Below are positions 10,688-21,561 of a stretch of DNA of 64,000 nt, in pieces. Under the pieces are notes generated by a model. The model was not told where the DNA came from. It was given only the letters and a program-made list of their open reading frames with translations, and searched no databases. Each line of letters begins with the position of its first letter. Position 1 is the stretch's first letter. The translations under genes were made by a program, and so were the position numbers. The stretch spans positions 64,001-128,000 of the forward strand of contig CM000430.1 in NCBI GenBank assembly GCA_000165345.1, read 5' to 3'.

Positions 10688-12295
10688 ATGGCAATAAATA
10701 ATGCTGAAGAAATGGAACTTATGAAGAGGAGAAGAGTAGGAGCAGAATATCAAGAGAGTAGCCCAGGAGAAGGTACTGAGCAGAAACAGGAACGCCATGT
10801 TAATGTTCAATTTATAGATCCAGATGGCAATAAGGTAGGCGATGAATTCGATATAAACTTAGATGAAACCAATTTAAGGGACCTGAATGCTTTGGTTAAC
10901 CAACTTTTGGAGAATGAAGAAGATACTCCCTATAGTTTTTGCTTAAATGACTCAAATTTGGAGGTATCATTCTCACTTTCCGAAACATTTGATAAAATAG
11001 GAGGAATTTCTACAGAAGATGTTCTCAAAATTGTTTATTATCCAATGACTCCTTTTAAAATCTTACCAGCCACAAGGTGTACTAGTTCTTTACAAGGCCA
11101 TAAAGATGCAGTTTTATGTTGCTCCTTTAGTCCTGATAGTAATTTACTTGCGACAGGATCTGGTGATACAACAGTTAGACTCTGGGATCTTCTTACAGAA
11201 ACTCCTGAAATGTGTCTAAAAGGCCATTTAAATTGGGTTCTAACTTTAGCTTGGTCTCCAGATTCTACCTTATTAGCATCAGCAGGTATGGATAATGCTA
11301 TTTGCATTTGGAATCCATCCAAGGGTGATAAGGTATTTAGAAAGCTCAAAGGACATTCAAAGGCTGTAGTTTCATTAGCATGGCAACCTCTGCATCTAAT
11401 GAACTTCTCTGCTGAAACTAAAGTTAATGATGGTGAGGAAAATGCTACAGAATCAGGGTCGAACAACTTGTATTTCCCTAAATTAATAAGTGCATCCAAG
11501 GATTTTACCCTAAAGATTTGGAACATAACAACTGGAACAATAATTAATACTTTGTCATCCCATACTGAAATGATTACACATGTCAAATGGACTGGAATAA
11601 ACCAGGAATATGTTGTTAGTTCTTCTAGAGATTCGCTGATTAAGGTTTGGAACCCAGAAACTGGTCAACTTTTGAGAGATTTGAAAGGCCATGCTCACTG
11701 GGTTAATACTCTTGCCCTAAATACTGATTATATTACCAGATCAGCTTGTTACTACCCTACTGGGAAAAACCTGAAGCTAAACTTCAAATCCTTGCAAGAC
11801 AAGATCGCTGCAGCCAAACAATCTGTTGATAACTTTAAAAAAAGGTGCAAGTTTGAAAGGCTTCTCTCAGGTTCTGACGATAATACTATGTTCCTATGGG
11901 ATCCGCTTGGAGAAAATGGTAGAAAGCCAATTCATAGACTAACAGGGCATTTAAAAGTTGTTAACCATGTTGCCTTTTCTCCAGACGGAAGATATATTGC
12001 ATCTGCATCATTTGATAAAACTATTAGGCTCTGGGATGGACATTCTGGAAAGTTTATTGCGGTTCTTAGGGGCCATGTCGGTCCAGTATATATGATTTCA
12101 TGGTCAGTGGATAGCAGATTGATTGCATCTGCTTCTAGTGATAGTACGGTAAAAGTTTGGCACGTAAGCTCTAAAAAACTCAAGGAAGATCTCCCAGGTC
12201 ATGCTGACGAAGTTTACACTATTGACTGGTCTATAGATGGTTCAAGACTTTCATCAGGATCTAAAGATTGTATTGTGAAAATCTGGAGGCATTAA
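10688..12295 (+). CDS. NLE1: Notchless homolog (NLE1), ribosome-biogenesis WD40 protein with an N-terminal NLE domain.
   Basis: First ATG is at 10688; the track's 10682 is a GTG. The NLE domain (VQFIDPDGNKVGDEFDINLDETNLRDLNALVNQLL...) is followed by eight WD40 repeats. It aligns end to end with human NLE1 (TRCTSSLQGHKDAVLCCSFSPD.. / ..GSGDTTVRLWDL.. / ..HADEVYTIDWS...KIWRH). Confidence 0.85.
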   Translation: MAINNAEEMELMKRRRVGAEYQESSPGEGTEQKQERHVNVQFIDPDGNKVGDEFDINLDETNLRDLNALVNQLLENEEDTPYSFCLNDSNLEVSFSLSETFDKIGGISTEDVLKIVYYPMTPFKILPATRCTSSLQGHKDAVLCCSFSPDSNLLATGSGDTTVRLWDLLTETPEMCLKGHLNWVLTLAWSPDSTLLASAGMDNAICIWNPSKGDKVFRKLKGHSKAVVSLAWQPLHLMNFSAETKVNDGEENATESGSNNLYFPKLISASKDFTLKIWNITTGTIINTLSSHTEMITHVKWTGINQEYVVSSSRDSLIKVWNPETGQLLRDLKGHAHWVNTLALNTDYITRSACYYPTGKNLKLNFKSLQDKIAAAKQSVDNFKKRCKFERLLSGSDDNTMFLWDPLGENGRKPIHRLTGHLKVVNHVAFSPDGRYIASASFDKTIRLWDGHSGKFIAVLRGHVGPVYMISWSVDSRLIASASSDSTVKVWHVSSKKLKEDLPGHADEVYTIDWSIDGSRLSSGSKDCIVKIWRH

Positions 12296-12640
12296 AGAAT
12301 CTTTCACGCCTTTTCTACTAACTATTTATATATAATTTGAATATATTATTCGTATCAGGTTAAATAATATCAATATTTATAGTTTAATAAGAAAAATTAG
12401 ACTATTCATTTCATACCTTTTTATTTATTTATTTAATTAATAGGTTTGACTTTTATTTGTGTAATAACATTATTCCTAAATTCCCAAGTCATTAATATGG
12501 GATGAGAAAGATATTCTACAAAAGTAAAAACTTCATACTATTTGTTTGAAAGGTAAATCACCTCATTATTATTACTTTTAATATTCTTTTAATTTTTTTT
12601 TTTTTAAATCCATTATTACCTTTGATTATCTTCCAATTCG

Positions 12641-12653
12641 TTTTGGCGGCAAA
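12641..12653. promoter_or_regulatory. E2F-like TTTTGGCGGCAAA site ~160 bp upstream of the 12810 gene.
   Basis: GC motif in AT-rich DNA. Confidence 0.4.
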
Positions 12654-12809
12654 TGTCAATATTTACATGAAGGGATAAATCTGAAAATAGTTTTAAAAAA
12701 TTAATTAATTAAGGTAATAGTGGTTACAGTATGCTGAATAAACGACTTTAGAATAACTTATTAGTTAAACACAGTTACAATCAGAAACGGTTGGTATCGA
12801 GATTTAATC

Positions 12810-15800
12810 ATGAAAGCTATTAATGCAATATTTTTATTTGCAATCTTGATATCCAGTTATTTAACAGAATCTCATGGGTATCAAGAAGGTAACAATCAAT
12901 TCGAGTATACTGGTTATGTAGCTCCCAGTTTGGATGTATTTTTGAGAGAGTATGATGCTTTTGGTAGAGCTAAAGATGAATTTGAGTTGGATCAAAAATT
13001 ATTCACATTATTAGAAAATCCAAATTGTTGGTACAATCAAAGAGGTAAAAAAGTTATCCTTTTGTTTAATGAAACCAATTTCCCAGAGGAATATGCAATT
13101 CTTCGTAAATCTAGTAGGCTGTTTGGACCAAATAATAGATTGGAAACTGATTTTTTGATTTTAGAAGAAGAGGAAGAACGAGAACAATATATGGATTTTT
13201 ATGAAAATATCAAAGATAACCATGATTTAGATATTTCAGAGAACAGAAATAATTATAATGACATAATTGTTGATGAAAAGAATAGATATGCCTATTTGGA
13301 TAATTATTCAGAAAATAAGACATCTACTGTCCAAGATTTAATCTCGGAAGATTTAGAGAAGGAAAAGTATAAATCCAGGATTAAAAAACTTATTAAGATG
13401 AAGGAAAACGCCTTAAAGAAGATCTTTCAAACCTCAAATGATATTAGAAGCTTGGAGAGCTCTTTTATTATGCATTGTGATTTCCCTGACTGTAGCTTAT
13501 GTAATGACTTTCAATCACATTTAAATAGTAAATATATTGAACTAAATAAGTATAAACACAGATATAGAATGATAATATCTTTATTCAAAGAGTTTGTTGA
13601 TCATTCTAATAAGTTTGGTTTTGAATACTATTATGAAAATGAGAACATTGACAGAAATTTAAAGGGTAGAGTTAATGATACTAAGAAAGTGCAAAAAATT
13701 ATAAGAAGACCAAACTTTAACATAACAAAAGAATATAATCATATTTTAGATTTTGATTCAAATTATAATGAATTAAAAAGAATGTTGAATGAAGCTGAAA
13801 GAGAAATGGATATTTTAACACAAAAAACAAAAAAAGAAACTATTGGTAACAATAATTATGGAGAACCAGAAATGATTGAATGCACTGGAGAAAAACTTAG
13901 AGAATTAGTTAGTAGAAATGAAAGGTTATCACTTTTAATTAGAAGTGTAAAGTTTTTTATTGAGTCTCTATTTGAAAGAACATGTTCAGTATGCAATATG
14001 AAATCATTCAATGGTTTTACCAAATTTGGAGATATGATTGACACGCAAATACGTATTTTAAAGTACTATCAGTCTGAAAAGAATATGATTGAAGAAGATA
14101 TCCAGCTGTGTAATAATTTTTTCGAAAACAATGCTATTAAATTGGATGATCATTCTCAATCTAGGAAAAATTCTTATAGTTATGAATACAGCTATTTGCC
14201 AAAAAATGAATATAATGTAAAGATGAATAAAATATTTGAAAAGTATAAAGAGTATGGAAAAAATAAAGTAGATCTTGAGAAGTTGATTTACGGTTCCTCA
14301 AGAAATTTGCAAGTTGGTAATAAAGATTTCATGTGTGACATTAATAGCTCAGTTTTGATGAATGAGTTATCCAAAGAAATTATGAGCAGAATAATTTCCA
14401 GTGAAATTCAAAAAAGGGTATATTTAAAACGAAAAGAATGTAATTTCTGTTCTTACAATGACTGTCAGAAATGTTACGAAAATTCTATTAAACTTAAAAA
14501 CCTGGAAAATAATATTAAGGCTCAGAATAAACTTTACAAGGTTATTTTGGCTTATTTAGAATTGTGTGGCTTTGAACAAGTTATGATTAATTCTGAGTTT
14601 AGAGATCAGGGAAAAAAGAGTAAAACAGAATTTGAATACTTTGGAAAGGATGGTAGATTATGGTCTGTTGAGAAATACTTATCAGAACCTTTTATTGATA
14701 GAGTATTGAAATTAAATGGTCAGCTATCACCTTTTCTTAGAGCAAAAATTCTAGAGAGAATTAAGCTAACATTACAAGCTTTCATTAAAGTTTTTGAACT
14801 TTCGTATTTTAACATTGACAGACAAGAATGTAATTCATGTGAATATGGACTCTGTAATGATTGTTTTTATAAGTTTAGAGAAATAAATGATAAAAAAAAG
14901 CAAATTACGAAATACAACCATTTATTGAGAGTAGTGAACTTAGAATTAGAAAAATACTATATACAAATAAGAAAATCAAAAACCAACTCAAGAATTAAGG
15001 GTAATACAAAGGAATGGATTTTAATTACAGATAACAGCCTTAGAAAATGGGTTCCAAATAAACCAGAACTTGTTTTAAAATGTGATAAAGCAAGTTATTC
15101 AGAGGCATTCACTTACTATAATGAAATTTCATTAAAGAGAAAACATTTAAAAAATATGTTAAATCATATTTATAGCTCTATAATGCATAGCAACCTAAAA
15201 TTCTCAGAGTACCATTTTTCAAAACAAGCCAAAGAATGGGAGTCAACATGGAGAAAGAAAGTTTATTATGATGAGGTATTTAGTTATATTAATAGATACT
15301 TATCATCATGTGTTAATAAAAATGAGGAACTTAGCAATTCCTTTCATGATTACTTATATAAAAAATCTGAAATAAGAAGTCTATATAAGAGTTTCCAAGA
15401 ACACAGTGAGAATATTAATTGCTTGATGGAAAAGATCAAGGAAATTCATAATAGTGGTTACATTGTATGTTCAAAACTTTCATCAACAAATTGTTGTAAT
15501 GATTTTGTTAATCCAGATGACATTTATAAACTACTAAATTCAGAATTCAATGCATTTAAATTAATTAGGAAAAGGTTAAACCATTTAATATATAATGAGC
15601 ATTTGAATTATTTTGATCGCAATAAAGAGTATTCTGAAAATTATCATAAAGGAGAGATTAATAATCGTTTTTTGAGACATCTAAACATGAAAAATGAAAA
15701 ATTAAGAAATAAGAAAAGAGTCAAAGAAGAGAAATTAGATAAGATAACAGTTGAATATCAAGATATTATTAGGTCACCAATATCAGGAATGAGTAAGTAC

Positions 15801-16520
15801 TTGCATGAAAATGAAATTAACACTCGAAGTGAAAATCAGAGTATAATTCAATTAAGTCCAAAGTCTGAATTTCAATGTAGTAAGACAGAAATTTTGGTTT
15901 TACAAAAAATAACTTCACTACTAACACAAAATAAAAACAGGTTGAGGCTATTATGGAGTCTGAATAGTGTAAGATGCAAAATAGAGGATTGTTATAATTG
16001 TAAGATAAGGAATAAATTTCATGATAAATTAGGAAAAGAGTTGAAAATTTTGAGTAAAGTTTTGAATAGCGCAGCTGAACAGTTGAATCAATGTACTTTG
16101 GATTCTGAAGATAATGCTGTTAGTAAAGAAGATATTATTGAGTTCCAAAATACATTAATGAAACTTTCAAAGAAAGAAAGTAGTTTTAATTATGACTTGA
16201 AAAGATATTTTGATAATATTAAAGATTTTCAATGTGAAAAGAATGAAATTGAAAATATTTTAAATATTAAAGGGGAAAAAGGAATGAAGATATATTCTTG
16301 GATAGAGGAGACTCTAGTTGAGATCCAGACTTTAGATAACGAATATGAGGACGAGAATATGAAAAGCAAATACACAATTTGGACACAACAAGTTACTCAA
16401 CTACTTGATTTCTCAAAAGCATTAGATGAGAGATTACAAGAATGTATAAATATGATAGAAATGTGTATAGATCACTCTGAAGAGAATAATATAAATCAAG
16501 TGAACATACGACAGAATTAA
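12810..16520 (+). CDS. Large secreted Lys/Asn/Glu-rich protein (1236 aa) with a signal peptide and repeated CxxC-x4-CxxC modules.
   Basis: ATG at 12810. The N-terminus MKAINAIFLFAILISSYLTESHG is a predicted signal peptide. Recurring cysteine knots are CDFPDCSLC, CSVC, CNFCSYNDCQKC, CNSCEYGLCNDC and CKIEDCYNCK, about 130 aa apart. No match to a known family. Confidence 0.6.
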   Translation: MKAINAIFLFAILISSYLTESHGYQEGNNQFEYTGYVAPSLDVFLREYDAFGRAKDEFELDQKLFTLLENPNCWYNQRGKKVILLFNETNFPEEYAILRKSSRLFGPNNRLETDFLILEEEEEREQYMDFYENIKDNHDLDISENRNNYNDIIVDEKNRYAYLDNYSENKTSTVQDLISEDLEKEKYKSRIKKLIKMKENALKKIFQTSNDIRSLESSFIMHCDFPDCSLCNDFQSHLNSKYIELNKYKHRYRMIISLFKEFVDHSNKFGFEYYYENENIDRNLKGRVNDTKKVQKIIRRPNFNITKEYNHILDFDSNYNELKRMLNEAEREMDILTQKTKKETIGNNNYGEPEMIECTGEKLRELVSRNERLSLLIRSVKFFIESLFERTCSVCNMKSFNGFTKFGDMIDTQIRILKYYQSEKNMIEEDIQLCNNFFENNAIKLDDHSQSRKNSYSYEYSYLPKNEYNVKMNKIFEKYKEYGKNKVDLEKLIYGSSRNLQVGNKDFMCDINSSVLMNELSKEIMSRIISSEIQKRVYLKRKECNFCSYNDCQKCYENSIKLKNLENNIKAQNKLYKVILAYLELCGFEQVMINSEFRDQGKKSKTEFEYFGKDGRLWSVEKYLSEPFIDRVLKLNGQLSPFLRAKILERIKLTLQAFIKVFELSYFNIDRQECNSCEYGLCNDCFYKFREINDKKKQITKYNHLLRVVNLELEKYYIQIRKSKTNSRIKGNTKEWILITDNSLRKWVPNKPELVLKCDKASYSEAFTYYNEISLKRKHLKNMLNHIYSSIMHSNLKFSEYHFSKQAKEWESTWRKKVYYDEVFSYINRYLSSCVNKNEELSNSFHDYLYKKSEIRSLYKSFQEHSENINCLMEKIKEIHNSGYIVCSKLSSTNCCNDFVNPDDIYKLLNSEFNAFKLIRKRLNHLIYNEHLNYFDRNKEYSENYHKGEINNRFLRHLNMKNEKLRNKKRVKEEKLDKITVEYQDIIRSPISGMSKYLHENEINTRSENQSIIQLSPKSEFQCSKTEILVLQKITSLLTQNKNRLRLLWSLNSVRCKIEDCYNCKIRNKFHDKLGKELKILSKVLNSAAEQLNQCTLDSEDNAVSKEDIIEFQNTLMKLSKKESSFNYDLKRYFDNIKDFQCEKNEIENILNIKGEKGMKIYSWIEETLVEIQTLDNEYEDENMKSKYTIWTQQVTQLLDFSKALDERLQECINMIEMCIDHSEENNINQVNIRQN

Positions 16521-16766
16521 GAAACAGTATTATACAATCAAACTTTCTTAAAGAATTCAAAAACAATAGTGTGGGAATAAAATTAAGAAGCTATTGATTA
16601 ATAATGATAAAAACTACCATAATTAATGAATAATCTTAGGCATCCAAAGATCAGAGTTCCTCCAATGTTTGAACAAAAAATTGTTAAGATAATCAAACAT
16701 AAGCAAATCTTTTGAATTCAGAACTCCATATAATATATCCATTCAAAAAATATATATATACAGAAT

Positions 16767-16922
16767 TTACATCCCGAGCTTAGTTCTTAACCAGTGACGC
16801 TTCTTAACGTTGTATCTGATATCAGTATCGTTCTTCATGCGGAACCAGTGTGGTACAGCTCTGTTCTGCTTCATCTTCTTACCGAGACGCTTCTTTAACA
16901 TGAAACCTTTGTTTGCTCCCAT
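16767..16922 (-). CDS. RPL39: 60S ribosomal protein L39e (RPL39), 51 aa, intronless. Below the ORF-track size cut-off.
   Basis: Hand translation of the minus strand gives [51 protein letters not shown]. This matches the eukaryotic RPL39 consensus (..KKRLAKK.KQNRPIPQWIRMKT.N.IRYN.KRRHWRRTKLGL). Confidence 0.85.
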   Translation of the reverse strand: MGANKGFMLKKRLGKKMKQNRAVPHWFRMKNDTDIRYNVKKRHWLRTKLGM

Positions 16923-17097
16923 TTCGTCAACCTTTTATTGCAACAAATTTAAAAATATTGTTTAGTAAAATAAAAGTTATTTAACAATTGAAAGTTATTG
17001 CCTTTTACACTGTTTAATGTTGTTATTTATACGGTTGTATTAATTATAATATTATTAATATATTTAATTAGTTGACTAATAAATTATTATTTAGCAG

Positions 17098-17109
17098 GCG
17101 CCAAATTTA
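17098..17109. promoter_or_regulatory. E2F-like GGCGCCAAATTT site ~180 bp upstream of RPL39.
   Basis: GC motif in AT-rich intergenic DNA. Confidence 0.45.
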
Positions 17110-17385
17110 CTAAGACAAAAAAATGGCAGGTACTATACCGCTGGAATTTTGTCTCGTCTCGCTACTTTGTAAAAAATTTACGAAAATATTGTGTATATAG
17201 ATCTCGATTGTGAGATGAAAAAAAGATGAAAAAAAAAAATTGGAGAAAAAGTTGATGAGTAGGAGTTAAATAATAATAAGCTAATTAGTGAATACTATAA
17301 AAATACTATATAGTGAAATGAATGATATAAACTAAAGTAGATATGTATTGTAGGAAGTATGAAAACAAATAGAATAGCCTCATTT

Positions 17386-19560
17386 CTAAACCTCAGTGGA
17401 AATAACTTCCTGGATAGTTTCAAGCTCAATCTCGATAACTTCTTCTTGTTCTTCCCATTGTAAGGAATTAAGTAGGACTTCTTTTGCTGCAAGCCATTCT
17501 TTGTAAAGTGGTTGCTGAACCTTCCATTCTTGAATCTTTTGGAGAATAGCATTGAATTCATCCTCGTTGACTTTTCTCTTTTGGAGAACAATATTTCTCT
17601 TTTCAGATCTGACAGCCTCATCTTCAGCATCAAACTTTTTGCTGTAATCTTTAAGTTTTCTAGGAATTTCATCAAACTTTTCTTGTGAAAGAAGTGAAGG
17701 GGGATGAGGCCTCCAAATAAATTGGTAAAATGTCTCCAATGGTGAGTTGTAAAGTTGTCTGCCTTGGAAAGACCAAACTATGAAACCTGTTTCTGTGCTG
17801 TATTTATATGCACCTTCAGCTAACTTTGATTGGAAAGCTGTTGTAACATATCTACCGGTAGGATCCCATTGAATCCAGTTACACATAAAATGCTCATCTT
17901 TTTGCAAGATATCAAATTTGTTTTCATTTGTGAGCTGACAGAATGTTAAATTTCCTCCAGATCCACCTAAAACAAAATAGCTACCAAGTGGACTCCATTT
18001 AATTGTGTCAACAGGAGATGTTAAATAATATGAGCATACAAAGTCAGTTTGTGTTGCATTCACTTGGTAAAATCTCAGTGTTTGGGATCTTGTAACATCA
18101 TCTACAACAACAATGGCAAATCTATTAGATGATTCCCAGGATAAGCACTTGACAGTAACACCTTCAATATGTACAGTATCAACAGGAACATTTTTCTCTT
18201 TTACTCTAAAGATCTCAAGCTGAGTATATTCTTTTTTTGCCTTTTTACCAGCTTTTCTAGAAACTAGAGCCTTAAGACACATATACTGACCTTTTGGTTG
18301 CCAGTGGACAGATGCCTCTCTAACATTAAAGACATTCTTTATTGCCAACTCTTTTCTATTCTTAATAGAAAGCAAAGTAAGTCTACCTGGTGTATCTCCT
18401 CTTTCTGGACACCAAATTGAAAGGTTGTCTTCTTCAGGGGACCAATCAAAGAACTGAAGTGGATACTTTAATGGGTTCTTATTACCTGTAGCAGGATCTT
18501 CTACAAGAGTCATTGTGGAAGATTCATAGACAAAAAGTTCTCCTTTATCGGAGCAATGTGCAAGATAATTTCCAGTTGGACTCCAAAGGAAATGTAAACC
18601 ACTATCAGTTCCATTATTGTTAAGTGTCATAGTTGGTGTGGAAAAGCATCTTAAAAGTCGTCCAGAAAGTACATGCCATACTTTTACTGCCTTATCAAAC
18701 CTTGAATCTGGAGAAGAACCATCCCATGTTAATAAATATTCTTCATTTGGGCTGAAATCAATGAATTTAACATCTTTGTGTTCAAATCTAATCTTCTTAT
18801 CCCAATCATCACCTCCCCAAAGTGCAACACCCTGACGATGGAATGTCACTAAGTAAGAACCCATTGGACTCCATTGCACAGAAAAATCTGTCCAAACTCT
18901 TTTTCCTCCTTTAGCTCTTTCACCGTCATAAATTAATTCAGGAATTCTTTGAATAGAATCAAATGAATAGATCTCAGTTGCGCTTTGGTATCTAATAACA
19001 AATTGTTCTCTACACCTTGGCCCCATTAACCAATTTCTTACATCATCTCGACTGAATAAAGTCGGTGGTGGGTATAGAGTTTCAAAATGTCCTGGAGCTG
19101 ATTCATCTTGTTCAATAATTCTTTTTACATCATCAAACATTACTGTATTAAATTTTGTCTGTTTATCAAATGGTGCCTTTGAAAGTGCTTGGCAAACAGT
19201 TTCTGCTTGGAATGAATTCGAAAATGTCAATATAGCAACTCCTTTTGTGCTTCCATCTACATCCTGAGGTACATCAAGTAAAAAATTTTCGTCATACTCC
19301 ACTCTCATCATTTTAAGGGTTTGATTAATAATTGTTCTAAGAGCTTTAAGAAATCTCTCATATTTATCTGAGCCAATACATGGAAGTCCGAAAATAACAA
19401 AGCTTTTAGAAAATGAGTCTGATAAAGTCAGTGGTTCTTCTATTGTATTACATCTCTTGGAAATATATTCTTCAGTTTCCTCCCCATCATATGTGGAGTC
19501 ACTTAAATACTCCAAAAGATCAATATCTTCACCTAATTCTTCACGAGTAACTTTAAACAT
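17386..19560 (-). CDS. EIF3B: Eukaryotic translation initiation factor 3 subunit B (eIF3b/PRT1), RRM plus WD40 beta-propeller.
   Basis: ATG at 19560. The segment ...VQWSPMGSYLVTFHRQGVALWGGDDWDKKIRFEHKDVKFIDFSPNEEYLLTW... aligns with human EIF3B ([52 protein letters not shown]). Similarity continues across the propeller and C-terminal helix. Confidence 0.85.
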   Translation of the reverse strand: MFKVTREELGEDIDLLEYLSDSTYDGEETEEYISKRCNTIEEPLTLSDSFSKSFVIFGLPCIGSDKYERFLKALRTIINQTLKMMRVEYDENFLLDVPQDVDGSTKGVAILTFSNSFQAETVCQALSKAPFDKQTKFNTVMFDDVKRIIEQDESAPGHFETLYPPPTLFSRDDVRNWLMGPRCREQFVIRYQSATEIYSFDSIQRIPELIYDGERAKGGKRVWTDFSVQWSPMGSYLVTFHRQGVALWGGDDWDKKIRFEHKDVKFIDFSPNEEYLLTWDGSSPDSRFDKAVKVWHVLSGRLLRCFSTPTMTLNNNGTDSGLHFLWSPTGNYLAHCSDKGELFVYESSTMTLVEDPATGNKNPLKYPLQFFDWSPEEDNLSIWCPERGDTPGRLTLLSIKNRKELAIKNVFNVREASVHWQPKGQYMCLKALVSRKAGKKAKKEYTQLEIFRVKEKNVPVDTVHIEGVTVKCLSWESSNRFAIVVVDDVTRSQTLRFYQVNATQTDFVCSYYLTSPVDTIKWSPLGSYFVLGGSGGNLTFCQLTNENKFDILQKDEHFMCNWIQWDPTGRYVTTAFQSKLAEGAYKYSTETGFIVWSFQGRQLYNSPLETFYQFIWRPHPPSLLSQEKFDEIPRKLKDYSKKFDAEDEAVRSEKRNIVLQKRKVNEDEFNAILQKIQEWKVQQPLYKEWLAAKEVLLNSLQWEEQEEVIEIELETIQEVISTEV

Positions 19561-19800
19561 AATTCATATGCATATATTTCCCTCTTCAATTCTAGAAGTT
19601 ACTAATAGTTAGAGCTTAGATTATTCTAGTATATAAGTGTATTTTATATACCCAAGTATTAGAACCAGAGTATATTTCAAACTTTTTAATAAATCTTCTT
19701 TCCAAAAAAAAAGAAAGCAAGGCTTTATGTCAAATTTTTTTCCTATTAAATTACGTCTCATAAAGTTAGTTTTAAATATTAAACAATATACTTAATAAAA

Positions 19801-19807
19801 TGGCGCC
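19801..19807. promoter_or_regulatory. E2F-like TGGCGCC site ~240 bp upstream of eIF3b.
   Basis: GC motif in AT-rich intergenic DNA. Confidence 0.35.
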
Positions 19808-20215
19808 TAAACACAAATATTTTTGTAGTAAATACAAAAAAAAAAAAATAAATAGCAAATTAATATTTAAAGAAGAAAAACAAGTCATATTTCTTCTTAC
19901 TAAAATATTTCTTGTTCATCTAATATAAATTACCATATTGATTGAGTTACACTTTAAAGGGAAATATCGATCTATTCTGATAAATTCATATTTATATGAG
20001 GTTAAATTTAGTGATTTAGGATTAATCAGTTCGATGACTCGATATACTGTGTGAAATATGTGCTTTATTAGAGTGAACTAATGCTTATTCTAAAGGGAAA
20101 ATAGTATTTAATGTGAATAAATTATATGTAAATAATCAAACTTAATAATAAAAAAAAATTGTATGAATTTTTGGTATATATATGTATATTTTTCTCACAG
20201 ACTTGATATGTTAGA

Positions 20216-21037
20216 TCACTCAGCAACTCTAGCTAATAAAATTTCTGCTGCTTCTGAGACATCTCTGTTGTTGCTTTTGGTAAGAATTTGTAGTTTCTCA
20301 ACGACTCCACATTTTCGAATAGCGCGTGTATATTCCAATAATTCTTCGTTTTGGTCAATAATTAGATCTTCAATATGATACACTGCTTCCAAGGGAGTAT
20401 ACCAACTTTCTGGCTTATCAACATTTTTTGTAGGGGGATTGAGAAGACTTACTAATACTGTAATTCCACCAAGTCTCATAAATTCTTTTCTCTGATTAAG
20501 TCCTAATATGAAGATATTTCTAGCTGTTTGTGCGGAAGCTGCTCTAAGTCCATCTATTTCGCTTGACATACATTTTACTAAGTATGGAAGCACCCCGCAA
20601 TCAAACATGACGTTACAACATTCAACGTTGTTAACACTTAGAAATGAAAGCGCTACAATTGCACCATCAATTCTATCTTCTTCTTTGCTTTTAAGTAACT
20701 CTAATAGACCTTGAATTCCACCTTTCTTTCTAATTTCATCTTTGAGTTCTGGCTGGCTGTCTCTTGCAGCGAGAATTGCCAATTGAGTTGCAGCTAATGC
20801 TCCAACAGTTTTAGGATCAGCTGCCCAAGGATGCATTGGTTCATCTAATTTATCAATTGGTTGGGTTGAAGATAAAAGGTTAATAAATTCTTGTATATCA
20901 TTTTTATCATATGCTAAATCAAACCTGGAAATATCATCTCCTAAAGCTTCACTTCTATTCATCTTTTCTTGGGCTAACTTCTTTGCCTCCTCACTTTCTC
21001 TTCCAGAACAGCATCCTGACGAAAGAGTACTACCCAT
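20216..21037 (-). CDS. ARO: Armadillo-repeats-only (ARO)-like protein: N-terminally acylated (MGxxxS myristoylation plus a CC palmitoylation site) armadillo protein of ~273 aa.
   Basis: ATG at 21037. MGSTLSSGCCSGRE carries Gly2 and Ser6 for N-myristoylation and an adjacent Cys pair. The rest is helical ARM-type repeats (LLELLKSKEE..AIVALSFLS.., GGITVLVSLL..). Size and acylation motif fit the apicomplexan rhoptry-positioning protein ARO. Confidence 0.55.
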   Translation of the reverse strand: MGSTLSSGCCSGRESEEAKKLAQEKMNRSEALGDDISRFDLAYDKNDIQEFINLLSSTQPIDKLDEPMHPWAADPKTVGALAATQLAILAARDSQPELKDEIRKKGGIQGLLELLKSKEEDRIDGAIVALSFLSVNNVECCNVMFDCGVLPYLVKCMSSEIDGLRAASAQTARNIFILGLNQRKEFMRLGGITVLVSLLNPPTKNVDKPESWYTPLEAVYHIEDLIIDQNEELLEYTRAIRKCGVVEKLQILTKSNNRDVSEAAEILLARVAE

Positions 21038-21396
21038 TTTATTGCTATTTGTCTAGATACTTATGTTATTAATTAAGGAAGAATTTTTGATTATAGAAAA
21101 AATCAATCTGATCACAATATAATATGCCTTTATTCTCTGTAAATGTGTTATTAATGAAAATAAATATGATCTTGGAGTACAAAGATGAAAATATGTATGC
21201 ACAGCGTGATTTTAAGGGAAAAATGACCAATTTTATTATCCTTGTACTAAAATATTATTATTGCAACAATAATAATGTTAATAATGGTCTAAGTTATATT
21301 TAATATCTTTATATTTACCTTTGCTATTATTTACTATTATCTCTTCCAATTTACACATATAACATTTTTTTCTTTTACATGGTAACTTTGCCCGAT

Positions 21397-21432
21397 GCGT
21401 CACGTCTACTGCCCGTGCATGCAGGTAAAATA
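21397..21432. promoter_or_regulatory. Composite ACGT box (GCGTCACGTC) plus TGCATGCAGGTAAAAT (AP2-type TGCATGCA box), ~360-395 bp upstream of ARO.
   Basis: The 16-mer TGCATGCAGGTAAAAT recurs exactly at 46085..46100, upstream of Hop2. Confidence 0.5.
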
Positions 21433-21561
21433 TTCTTGTGAAGATGGAAAAATGAAATGAAAAAGTAAATAAATAATTAATAAAAAATAAAAATGGAGGG
21501 TCAATAAATATTGTAATTGCATCTATTTGTTTCTAGCATTGTAATATGTATAATTATTGAA

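Noticed and set aside
17295-17675. ORF 17295..17675 - overlapping the 3' end of eIF3b, and 18617..18835 + antisense to it
   Set aside because: Out of frame with eIF3b, which aligns to its C-terminus. No independent evidence.
20163-20714. ORFs 20163..20378 + and 20508..20714 + antisense to ARO
   Set aside because: Antisense chance ORFs.
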